Below, piece after piece: positions 28,599 through 39,200 of a stretch of 64,000 nucleotides of DNA. The stretch's first letter is position 1. Each line of letters opens with the position of its first letter. Origin of the DNA: a virus; IMG/VR virus record IMGVR_UViG_3300028920_000062, positions 14,982 through 78,981 of that record. One strand, given 5' to 3'. A model generated the notes under the pieces. That model worked only from the letters and a program-made list of their open reading frames with translations. It did no database searches and had not been told where the DNA came from. Made by a program: the position numbers and the translations under genes.

Positions 28599-31500
28599 TG
28601 GCTAAGGATCCGAAGGAGTTTGAAAGAGGAGAGAGCTTCTTCAAGAAGGCTCTTATTGGTACTCCAGCTGCTGTTGGCGCGGGTATTGGTATTCGTAGAA
28701 TGGTCAAGGATCTTCAGGAAGCACAGGCGCGCGGCGCAGAGATTATGTATCGCAAGCCCCTGGCTTCTGTCGATGCTATAGCGCATGCAACTGGTATCTC
28801 TGAAGAGATGATTGGTCGCGCCACAGCTGCGCGGGAAGAACGCTTAGCTTTTATGTCTAGGAACTGGGATCGTTTCAAAACCCCTGAAGGTATGAGTGTC
28901 CTTAAGCGCTCGTGGCTAGACGCCATGCGTTTTGCCGATCCTATATCACAAACTAAGCTTTTGAGCTTTACGGAACGCGTTAACCTTAGAGGCATGACAG
29001 AACCCACTGATGTTTTTAACGCTATTCAGCGTACTCTAGAAGCAAATAATTCCTCTCTTATGGGAAGGGTATTTGAGCGTTTTGAGAGCAATGTTGTTGG
29101 ATTTGAGAGGCATGTTCTTGCTGGTCTAGATCCCATGGATTTGGGGACGCCTTTTCAGTTTCGACCTGAAAGGGTAGCGGGCTTAGACCTTTTAGACCTG
29201 CCTAATGAACTAGGGTACAGAGCATCTAAGATTGCAGCCAGTCTGGATGCTAATGTGGGGGTTACTAGATATACCCGATCAGACGTATTCGGAAAGCAGT
29301 CTCCAGAGGTTTTTAAACTGTCATTTAACCAAAAAGGACAGACTCTTGTAGACCTCATGGTTCCTGTTACTCAACGCGGAGCTTTTTTTGAAGGTGAAGC
29401 CTTAAGAAGTAAATATGTTTCTACCAGCGTTATCGTAGGGAATGCTGAGGGTGGCCCCAAACTGATGTCCAGGGAGGAATATCTTCTTAGGCAGTTTGAA
29501 AGAGAGATTGTTCCCCAGATCAAGTCAGGGCAACTAACAGAACCTTATGAAATTAATGCGGCTGTTAAGCAACTTAGAGCAGATATTCTGCATAAAATGG
29601 AGAATGTAAAAAATCTGCCTCCTGATTTAGAGGATGACGCAATTAAGGGATATCGTCTTAGCCGTAGTGAAGGCGTAGATATCAGGTGGGACCTTCCAGA
29701 AAGAGAACTAGAAGAACGAAGAAAAAAGATGTTACCTGGATACCATCCTACAACTCGACCAGCTACTCCTGAAGAAATTGCCTCTATAGCGAAACATCCT
29801 TCAATCGGAAAACTTTTTGGAGGTGTTTCTCCGGCAAATATCGCTGAAGGTCGCCGATCTTTTATGGACTGGAGTAAGATAGTTTCTGCTTCTCCTTTTG
29901 CCTATGATTGGGGTCGTCGCCCGGAACAGTTCTCAAGAGAGTTCGCCCTTAGCGAAGAAGCTGTTGCAGCAATTGAACGAGAGGGCTATAGGGAATCCGA
30001 TATATTTGCGACTGGAAGAATGCGAGACCTGTATAAGAAGGGAGGTCTTCCTCCACATCTTCGTGTTCTTTACCTTAATCCCGAGAAACATGCTTTGCTA
30101 ATGGAGCAGCTAGGTATTGGTCGCGGTGAAGGTCTTATGAGGGAGGGTTTAAGGGAACTCCTTGAGCAGCGTGTATTTAAGTCTACGAATATTGTAGGCA
30201 TGAATATGGAGACCTTGCAAAAAATTCAGGCTGGCGGGCAATTGCTAAAGGGACAGGTGCTTGGACAAATTGCTGAAACTGGTCTTCCTTTTGTAGTAGA
30301 AGATCCAGAATCTATTAAGGCAGCAGTAGGCCATTGGTCTGAAGGGGCAGGAGATTACGTCACTATTCATCAGGTAAACAGACATCGTCTTCTAAGTCAT
30401 GAGAAATGGTTTAATGACCTTAAGATGTTGGCTCGCTTTACAGACGAGGAAGTAATGCAAGATGCCGCATCTAGGGCAGGTGTGAGTCGCCGTCTAGTTG
30501 GAGAGGGCTTCGATGTATTAACTCAAGTAGGCAAAGAGATTGTTAGGGGTCAAGGATTCGATGTTATTGCTAGTACAGAAGACTTGACCAAGAATCCAGG
30601 TTTGCTAACTAAGCAGATTGTATCCGGAATCCACGACACTTTGTCAATTCGAGAACTCGAGTCTAGGGGTATTAACTTTGACTTTGCCACTCTGGGGGTT
30701 CGTCCGTCTCCCAAGATTGATAAATTTCTCGATCATCCCCTGACATTTCTTCGTATGTGGGACAGGATGTCTCAAACCCCAGAAGGTGCATTTGACCAGC
30801 AGGCATTTATTAAACGTGCCATGAAGTTCTCTGTTGAACATGCAGGTCTAAGTCCAGAGGAGTTTGGGTCAGCATTTGGTGTAATTCCAGAGGTTGAAAA
30901 GGAATGGCAGGCCCTTACATCACAAACGCTAGCTGGTGCTGGCCTCAGAGACGTTAGTATTAAAGAATATATAAAGGCCATGGAAGAGGGAACTGCAATA
31001 GGAAGAGCACAGCTTTTCTGGGGTGGTCCAGCCCGTCTTCGAGGTGCTGGCGGTTTAGGTTCTATTGAGCCTCGTCTTTTTGAAATGCTGTCTGGAGGAG
31101 TCTACGGAGAAACAGGGAAAGAACTTGCAAAAGAATTTGCAGAACGTGCTGTTGGGACAGATCCTCAAAAAAGAGCACTTAGCGAAGCACTTGCCACAAC
31201 AATGGCTTCTATAGGAGGTCAGATTAAACGAAAGAAAGGGGAGGCTATTTGGGATATCGCTGAGCAAAGTATAGCTGAAGATGATATTGCAAAACAATTT
31301 GAAACATTTCTAGAGAGTGGCGGTGGATGGATGCGGGCCAAAAAGGGAGCAAAAGAAGTTTTTGTTCCTGGGCTTGATAACCTTACTGCTATGCAACCTT
31401 TTACTACTGCTGGCGGAAAGGGAGTGCGCGGAGCAGTTCCGGATATTTTTTATAACATGCTTTATAAGGGAGCTGAGTTCGCCGAAGGATCCTTGGGGGA

Positions 31501-33196
31501 GAAGGCTTACGAGCGCCATATGAACGAGAGTTTAGCTGCTCTATGGAGGGAAGCAGCTCCCGCAGGAAAGGGCGGCGGCGCTTGGCAGCGTGGTAAAATT
31601 GCTGGTTCTAGATTCTTGGAAATTACCTCTATGGTTGATGGCCAGATGCCTGCACACGCAAACGAGGTGCTTGTGTCTACAGAGAAGATGAAAGATATGG
31701 TTAATGAGATGAGACAATTCATGCCTAAAGAAGAGTTTGAGAAGTTTGCTGCACAAGCTGAGACAGGCACGATGGAAGGCATAGTGGCTCGCCACCCATT
31801 TATTGGTCAGTATTCTGCTCAGCCTGTCACAATCAGAGCTATTAAAACTGCCAAGGGTACTAGCAAAAACATGATTGCTATTCAAGAAAGGGCTGCTCGA
31901 GTAACCTTTGGTTTTGCAGGAGAGAAGGCGCAAGAAAAGCTAATGCTGATGACCCCTCTTTTGGGTATGGCTGCTGATAAAGATGCTGATGAGGCTGCGC
32001 TTTTCTTGGTACGCTCTAAGAATGCAGACCGCCTGAAGGCGATGATGCAAGGAAAGGCCAACCAGTTTACTACTGCCTATGCACAACATCAAATGCGTCT
32101 TCAGCTCCTAAAGGCATCAAAAGCTGCAGGTGGAGCTGCCGGTTTGTCTCAGAGTGGCAAGATGGCAGCAGATGTTCTCAAATTGGGAGTTACTCAGTCT
32201 CATGTTCCTAAGCTGTCTGTAGAGCTCAGTATGGCAAGACAGGCTGTTGGTCATGCACTTACAGGCCAGACAGAGGCAGATGCTCGTTTCTTGTTGGAAT
32301 GGTTAGAGCAGAACCCAATTTCCGCAAAGCACATGAACGCCAGAGAGATTTCCGAGGGTGGATTAAGGCAGCTTGATACGATCACTAATGCGCTAAAAAA
32401 GAAAGATTCAGGTACTCTAATTGAAGAGATAAATAAGATTGTTAAGGATAATGAGATAGCCAGAAGGTTTCTTAAAGAAGACATTATGATCCAAGATGCC
32501 GTAATGGCTGATGACGGAACGAAGTTAAATATTAGCAAACGTTTGAAGGCGATTAATGTAGAGCAGACGGTCAGAAGCCTTATGGATGCGAGACATAAGT
32601 TTGAAAAGTCTGGCGAAGCTAAACTGGCTCGTATTATGGCAGGTAGAGGCCCTCGCATGAGGCCTGTACAGGATCTTCCTCGGTTTCTTAATGCCGTGCA
32701 ACAGACCGGAAACAAGGCCTTTTCTGGAGTTGCTAAAGGTATGAACACTGCAGCTAATCTTCTCCAGGCGGCTGGACGAACTGCTATTAAGCATCATAAG
32801 CCTATAGGCCTAGGATTTGCTGGCTCTATTGCTCTAGCTATGACTCTTTCTTCTCCCAAGGATACTATTGGACCAGGAGCTAATTTAGACCCAGGAGATG
32901 TTGATATGAACCAGGGGCAGGCTGCTGGAAAAATGAAGCCTGCAGATCTGATGCCACCACCTCAGGCTATGGGTAGTCCTCAGGCTCCTGGCATGATGCA
33001 TTCGCCTCGGGCAATGATTGGGCCTCCCGTTCAAAGCAATAGAACTAGGGTAGTAGCTAGAACTAATTATGCAATGAATACACAAAACTTAGCCTCGCGC
33101 ATCAACCAGATGACTAATAATAGAAGATCTGTTAATCTGAGCATCAGAGACAGAAGGTCTCCCGCTGACTTCTCTGGCGGAAATACGCTCTACTAA
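28598..33196 (+). CDS. Tape-measure-position protein containing a putative single-chain two-barrel (virion) RNA polymerase
   Basis: Ordered motifs HEKWFNDLK (30398-30424), RGKIAGSRF (31589-31615), ARHP (31787-31798) and MAADKDAD (31967-31990). Hydrophobic segments at both ends and a Pro-rich, TMP-like C-terminus. Confidence 0.6.
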   Translation: MAKDPKEFERGESFFKKALIGTPAAVGAGIGIRRMVKDLQEAQARGAEIMYRKPLASVDAIAHATGISEEMIGRATAAREERLAFMSRNWDRFKTPEGMSVLKRSWLDAMRFADPISQTKLLSFTERVNLRGMTEPTDVFNAIQRTLEANNSSLMGRVFERFESNVVGFERHVLAGLDPMDLGTPFQFRPERVAGLDLLDLPNELGYRASKIAASLDANVGVTRYTRSDVFGKQSPEVFKLSFNQKGQTLVDLMVPVTQRGAFFEGEALRSKYVSTSVIVGNAEGGPKLMSREEYLLRQFEREIVPQIKSGQLTEPYEINAAVKQLRADILHKMENVKNLPPDLEDDAIKGYRLSRSEGVDIRWDLPERELEERRKKMLPGYHPTTRPATPEEIASIAKHPSIGKLFGGVSPANIAEGRRSFMDWSKIVSASPFAYDWGRRPEQFSREFALSEEAVAAIEREGYRESDIFATGRMRDLYKKGGLPPHLRVLYLNPEKHALLMEQLGIGRGEGLMREGLRELLEQRVFKSTNIVGMNMETLQKIQAGGQLLKGQVLGQIAETGLPFVVEDPESIKAAVGHWSEGAGDYVTIHQVNRHRLLSHEKWFNDLKMLARFTDEEVMQDAASRAGVSRRLVGEGFDVLTQVGKEIVRGQGFDVIASTEDLTKNPGLLTKQIVSGIHDTLSIRELESRGINFDFATLGVRPSPKIDKFLDHPLTFLRMWDRMSQTPEGAFDQQAFIKRAMKFSVEHAGLSPEEFGSAFGVIPEVEKEWQALTSQTLAGAGLRDVSIKEYIKAMEEGTAIGRAQLFWGGPARLRGAGGLGSIEPRLFEMLSGGVYGETGKELAKEFAERAVGTDPQKRALSEALATTMASIGGQIKRKKGEAIWDIAEQSIAEDDIAKQFETFLESGGGWMRAKKGAKEVFVPGLDNLTAMQPFTTAGGKGVRGAVPDIFYNMLYKGAEFAEGSLGEKAYERHMNESLAALWREAAPAGKGGGAWQRGKIAGSRFLEITSMVDGQMPAHANEVLVSTEKMKDMVNEMRQFMPKEEFEKFAAQAETGTMEGIVARHPFIGQYSAQPVTIRAIKTAKGTSKNMIAIQERAARVTFGFAGEKAQEKLMLMTPLLGMAADKDADEAALFLVRSKNADRLKAMMQGKANQFTTAYAQHQMRLQLLKASKAAGGAAGLSQSGKMAADVLKLGVTQSHVPKLSVELSMARQAVGHALTGQTEADARFLLEWLEQNPISAKHMNAREISEGGLRQLDTITNALKKKDSGTLIEEINKIVKDNEIARRFLKEDIMIQDAVMADDGTKLNISKRLKAINVEQTVRSLMDARHKFEKSGEAKLARIMAGRGPRMRPVQDLPRFLNAVQQTGNKAFSGVAKGMNTAANLLQAAGRTAIKHHKPIGLGFAGSIALAMTLSSPKDTIGPGANLDPGDVDMNQGQAAGKMKPADLMPPPQAMGSPQAPGMMHSPRAMIGPPVQSNRTRVVARTNYAMNTQNLASRINQMTNNRRSVNLSIRDRRSPADFSGGNTLY

Positions 33197-33205
33197 TGAG
33201 GAACT

Positions 33206-36200
33206 ATGGCTACTGACACAGGGTATTTTCAGATCAACGACCTCATATTTCAGGTCCCACCGGAAGCAATTAAAGTCAATAGAAGGGCTGTGAACAATTA
33301 TTGGCAGACTCTACGTACACGTTCGTCCATCAAGCTATCTTCGGGGTACTCTATCTTAGACATTGAAGTGTCGATGAAAGTCATTGCTGAGGGTAACGAG
33401 CTAGAAAAGCTTTCTTGCCTTGTTGCTCAGTTGCGCGTAACTCCGTTTTGTTGGATAAAAAACCAGTATATTAGGAACACTGTCTTGGGTGGGCAGACTA
33501 AACAGGCCATGGTTCTTGCTCTCAAACAACTGGAGATACGCAAGTCAGCTGGAGAAGATACCAACATTATTGAAGTTTATATGCTTTTCTCTTGGTTTAA
33601 TTATCTGCCTTATATGAAGGACTGGCTTTATAAGGAAGATATTTTTGTTCCCAAACCCGTTGAAGATCCTCGCAAATCAAGGGCTTGGCGTATTATGTAT
33701 GCTGCCGAGAAGATGAGAGGGCCTTATCAGGTTCCTCCAAGTCTTTACTCTAATGCAGTTTTAGATCTGCGGCAGTTTATGACTGTTACCAAAAAGAAGT
33801 TTAAGCAACTTAAACAAGATGTAGCTTTTCTAAAAGAGTTTAGAGGACAAATAGAGGCATCTCTTCCAAAGAAAGGAACTTCTGAATTTCCCGGGGTAGT
33901 AGATAATATTATCCAGTCTCTTGTAAAAAGTGCAGGGAAAGAGAGAGTTCATCGTTCGTTATCCAGCGTTTTTGGGCATACGACAACTGCTGTAGGCGAA
34001 GTGGGAGTAGAAGAACTTCTCCATCTTATTGATGTCGATATTACTGCTAAAGGACAAGAGGTTGAATCCTATAACAAAGTATACGAAGCAACAACGCGGG
34101 GTTGGGAAGTTGCTAAATTAGCAGACGGAACGCCCATTGAGATTGTTGGTAAAGCTGATGCAACTATTGATGAGAAGAGTGATCTGTCTGGGGAAGATGA
34201 TCAGATATTGATGGAGTCTAATCGTGTTCTGAATTTTGAGAAGGCAGGACTTATTATTACCGGTGTCTCTGTTAGCTTTGAGAACATTCTCGCAACTATG
34301 CCAGTTATTGGGCATCCATATCCCTCTTTTCAGCACATAGGAAGCATAGATGCCGTAGTGACACTGTCTTTTGTTACGACTTCTGAGAATTCTATACAGG
34401 CAATTTCTAATTTTTATACAATCTGTCAAGATCAGTCTCGTAAGTTTAGGCAGGTTCCCGAGGGGATCAGGAACGTTGTTATCAGCAATGACATCGTTAA
34501 TATGTGCGGTCTTCATGAGTTTCTTATTGAGGATTTAAGACAGGGAACTATGCCTGGCCAGCCGGGGACCTATTATGGCGAACTCGTATTGGTCAATAAC
34601 CCGCTTGATGCCAAGACCAAGGAGGGTCTGGTGCTCTCTAGTGATTTTATTACAGACAATACTTTAAGACTAAAGGTTATAGAAATTTTAGACCAGTATG
34701 TAAAGTTTAATGATCAGGATATCAGAACAGATATAGATAATGAGACGTCAGAATTCGGGAAGTTCGTGGGTGTTGCTGATAAATCAATAGAAGTCTTGGT
34801 CCGCAGTCCATACGATCAGGTTAAGCCTGGGGGCTCTGGGAAGCATATAGCAACTAACCAGGGGGTCCAGCGTAAGGCTACTGTAATTAGCCCATATGGT
34901 GAAGGACTGTCCAAAAAGGGTTTTGAGGATTTTCCTGCTACTAATGCGTATTATATAGATAGTGAGAACAATAAGAGAATTAGTTCTGGTGGTTATTATT
35001 CGTTCAATAATACTTTTGATAATCGCCAGGCCGCTCTCAGGCATTTCGTTGTTCGCTATATGAATTCTTTAACCAAGGTGTTTTCTTCACTGTCATCTCT
35101 CTTCATCAAGGACTGGCAGGGACATAACCTTGGAATAACCAAAGGAATGGTTGACCATAATACCATTTCGCTTTTTACTTTGACAGATGATCAGGTACCC
35201 GGAATTGGCAGACTTCGCAAGGACTTAATTGCCACTGCAAGGAAATTCAGAAGAAGAGGAAAGTTTAACTTAAATCCGTCATCATCAACTGACACCGAAG
35301 GTATATCATCTCGAGGAGAAATGTATCAATTTCTTTTTGATTCTTGGAACGAAATGAAAGATCTTCCGCTTTCTGACCAGCGCCGAAAGCATTCGATAAT
35401 ACTTGAAAGATTAGACTTTTTTGCCGCAGAAGCCCTTAAGGAAAAGAAGTTCGGTGGTAACCCACATGCCATTAACAGTACCAGCTTTCTTCACTTTAGA
35501 GATGCTTTTATAGATAAGTATCTCAAAGACTTTAGGAAAGAGATATTGGATCTTACTCGAGATATTCAGAAGTCTCAGGTATTTGACTTAGATATTTTTC
35601 AGCCAGTTAAGGATCTTTATAAAGAGGCTGGTCTTCCCTCTAAGGGGAATAATTACCCGGACTTTCCTCTGACTCAGGTGATTGAGATTCTAAGACAACG
35701 AAGTGACTGGGATAAAATAAAGGCTAAGATCGAAGAGCGTAGAGATCTGGCTGGTCTTGCAGTATACAATGTTTCTCTTGAGGCTCTAATTAATCCTGAC
35801 TTCTATCTATATAATAAGACAACAGATTCTACTTCTGATCTAATTAGTCGTCAGCTTATTAATGAAGCTAAAGAGGCGATCAAATTAACACAAGGACAAT
35901 TACAGGTAGACGCCGAAGCTGACTGGGTTACCAATACATACAACAGACATATTATTGGGACTACTCTTGCAGAACGAATAACAAATGATGTTAAGAATGG
36001 AACCAGCAATAAAGACAGAGTTGAGGAAATTCGAGCACGGAGAAAAGAGCTGGAAGAGACAGGAAAAAATCCAGAGCTTATTAATTATCTAAATCAGCGC
36101 GACAGGCTTTTGGAAGAAGGAGTTTTCCACATCGATGATCTTTCTGGCCCGCCGCTAGGTAATGCAATTTCAGAAAATGTAACCGAAGAGGGAGCTCTCG

Positions 36201-39200
36201 GTATCTCAATTAAAGCTATTAATAATCTAAAAGATAAAGCAAATTTGACTATATCTGTTCGTGACGAACAGCAACTAGTTCCAGATCTAGAGCACTATGC
36301 TTTGGCTAAGCATCGCTTTGATATCTTGGGATCTCTCGATGAACAATCTGCGGCAGAATATAGGCCTCCACCTAATTTTGATCCAAACAAAGATCCTGTT
36401 TGGGCTTGGCCTACTTCTGAACCTGGGAATACAAGGATAACTCCAAATACCGGTTATTTTGGAAAGCCAAGAGAAAATATTGGTAAAGACAAAAATATAA
36501 CTACTGGTCGACACCTCGGGATAGATATTATTAGTAAATTTGGTAAGGAAAGAACTAGACAATTGTTTGTCCGCGCCGCTGCTGACGGCAAGATCATTGA
36601 AGTTTCTAATAATTATGAAATATATGGACATGAGTCGAAGTGGAGAGAGGGTCCTGCAGACTCTTGTGTCTATATCAAGGTGCAGCATGCCAACGGGTGG
36701 GTTACTTCCTATAAACATTTGCAGTGGGAACCTACAATTAAGAAATATTCTGATCTTTTCCATGGTCGTCTTGCAGGACAAGAAATTTGGGTCAGACAAG
36801 GAACAGTGCTAGGTAAAGTTGGAACTACTGGTCCTTCAACTGGGCCTCATCTTCATTTTGCAATGATAAAGACAAAGGGAAATCCGCCTGCTGGGGTAAA
36901 CACCATAAATCACAAGAGAGGAATATATGTCGATCCAAACCAAATGCTTTCTGCTGGAGAGTTTGTTTCTCAAGGTCCTGTTTATGGAGTTGACCCTAAT
37001 AACGAATCTTTGTTTACTAAAAGTGTAGAACAATTTGACAAGGAAATGCAAAGTGGACAAGGCTATAGCCTCATGCGAGCCTATCCTACCTTTCGCTTGT
37101 ATTTTATTGAATCTGACCTTGAAGAACGCAAGATCTTTGGGTTCGATGACTTCTTCTCTTATAGTGCTGTACAGGATATCCAGGTTGTTCGGAGCAGAAA
37201 GATTGCTGCCGACCTAATGGTTATTAGCCTAACAAATACTTCTGGTGTGCTTACCAATAGAAAATTTAGGGGACAGGGTCGTGATAACCAGCATAGGGAT
37301 TTTCAGGGGAAGATAGCCAAAGAGAATGTCAAAGATCTCTCTGCCAGAAATACAATTAGAGAAAACCCAATTGCTTCTCTTATGGTTCAGCCAGGCATAC
37401 AGGTACAATTAAGGTTGGGATATCACTCTAGCCCAGATGAGCTAGAGCGTGTTTTTAATGGTGTTATTACTGATGTAGATATGTCAGAAGACGAAGATAT
37501 CGTTAATATTACATGTCAGAGCTTTGGTATCGAATTAACACAGAAGGTCTATGGTGAAGCTAAGAACTATGGTGGATGGCTCAAAGGATCTGGGAAAACT
37601 TCTGAAATCCTTGAAGATCTTATGTCTCAGCCAGAGATGGTTCACTTTGGGCGGTGGAATGCAGGAGAGCCATATAATGGCGCTTATGGTCTACTTCAAA
37701 CTCGTTTTCAATTTCAACCGACCCCTCAAGACGATAACCTCTTTCCTCCAACCGGAAAAAAGGGATTCTATAGTTTGTTCGATAGTACCCCAAAATACAT
37801 AATGTATAACACTACCGTGTGGGATACTTTTCAGGAAATGACTTTGCGTCATCCCGCATATATCACCTATCCAGTTCCTTATGACGGTAGAGAAGGTCCT
37901 CGTATGACTATGTTTTTCGGGGTTCCAAATCAATTATATTTTGCTCGAGATCCCACTTTGCGCGAAAAGGAAGCTATGGGCAGTATTAAGAATCTGGCTA
38001 CAAAAACAAATTCTATCATTGATGAAGTAAAGGATGGTCAGAAGTCGAATAAGGATATCTCAAAAAGCGCAATAGGAGCTGTAGCTGGGATTGGAACCCT
38101 AGCTCTTGCCCCCGCCTTGTTGCCTCTTGCTTCTCTTGGAATCCCTTTGTTAGCTGCTGGCGGAAAAGATGATCGCTTGAGAGAAATCTGGATTAACAGG
38201 TCTCTTCTTAGATATGCCAAAGATAGAGGCTTTATTAAGCCATTTAGAAATTATCACGTACTTACCAGCACCATGCATATCCTGAAGAACTCGATCTCTA
38301 GCAGCAGCTGGAATACATTTAATACTGTTACTTTGAATTACGAGGATGACGCAGCTGAGGTTGAAAAAGAGAAGAAGAGTTTAGTCTTTAATGAACGCGA
38401 AACGATGTCTATGAAGTGTGATGCGGGGCTTCCTGATGAAGAGATCAGAGAGCTCATGACGTCTTGGCCTAATTGCATTCAGGACGAAATGGCAAAGAGA
38501 TATTCGGTTGCTTTACTTTGGAACTCTTTAAAAGAAGGATATTCTGGGAGTCTTGTAACTATTGGAAACCCTTCAATTAAACCTCATGACGTATGCTATG
38601 TGTTTGACGAATATAACGATATGGTGGGTCCTATTGAGGTTGAACAAGTAGTCCATAGGTTTTCTCAGAATACTGGATTTGTTACAGAAATTACTCCCGA
38701 TATGTGTATCCATATCAATCAGGCAAGTACAATGGCTGTATCTGATGCAGTGGGGCTGGCAGTAGAGGGAGCAATGCAAGAAATGGGTCTGCAGCCTTTG
38801 GCTAGTGTTATTGGAGCTTCACGTGGCATTAAGCGTACTGCCGGCTTAGCAAGGATTGGTGGGTTAGACGCTGAAACGGGTATACTGGCTAGTGAAATGG
38901 CTGGCGCTGCAGCAAGGACTGCTATGAGTATAGCTCTTGCTCCGTTTTCTGGACTTCTCTATGTTCCTAAACTAACGGGTGCGTTTATTATGCGTAAGTT
39001 AATTACTCGGTCACAGACTGCGCATCCGTTCCGGTATAGTCCTTTAGTGAAACAAGGCAAGCCAATGATTGGAGGATTCCCTTCTAGGTATGTGGATGGT
39101 AGCTTTATCCAGGGTATTGATAGATATTTCAAGGAGAATGCGGAGTCTATCCCGCTGTATCTAGACCACTTGTATGATAAAATCGTGGTCAATGACTGGA

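Noticed and set aside
30496-30570. Short peptide duplication GEGFDVL / GQGFDVI in the putative polymerase
   Set aside because: Too short and degenerate to interpret on its own; probably a small local duplication.
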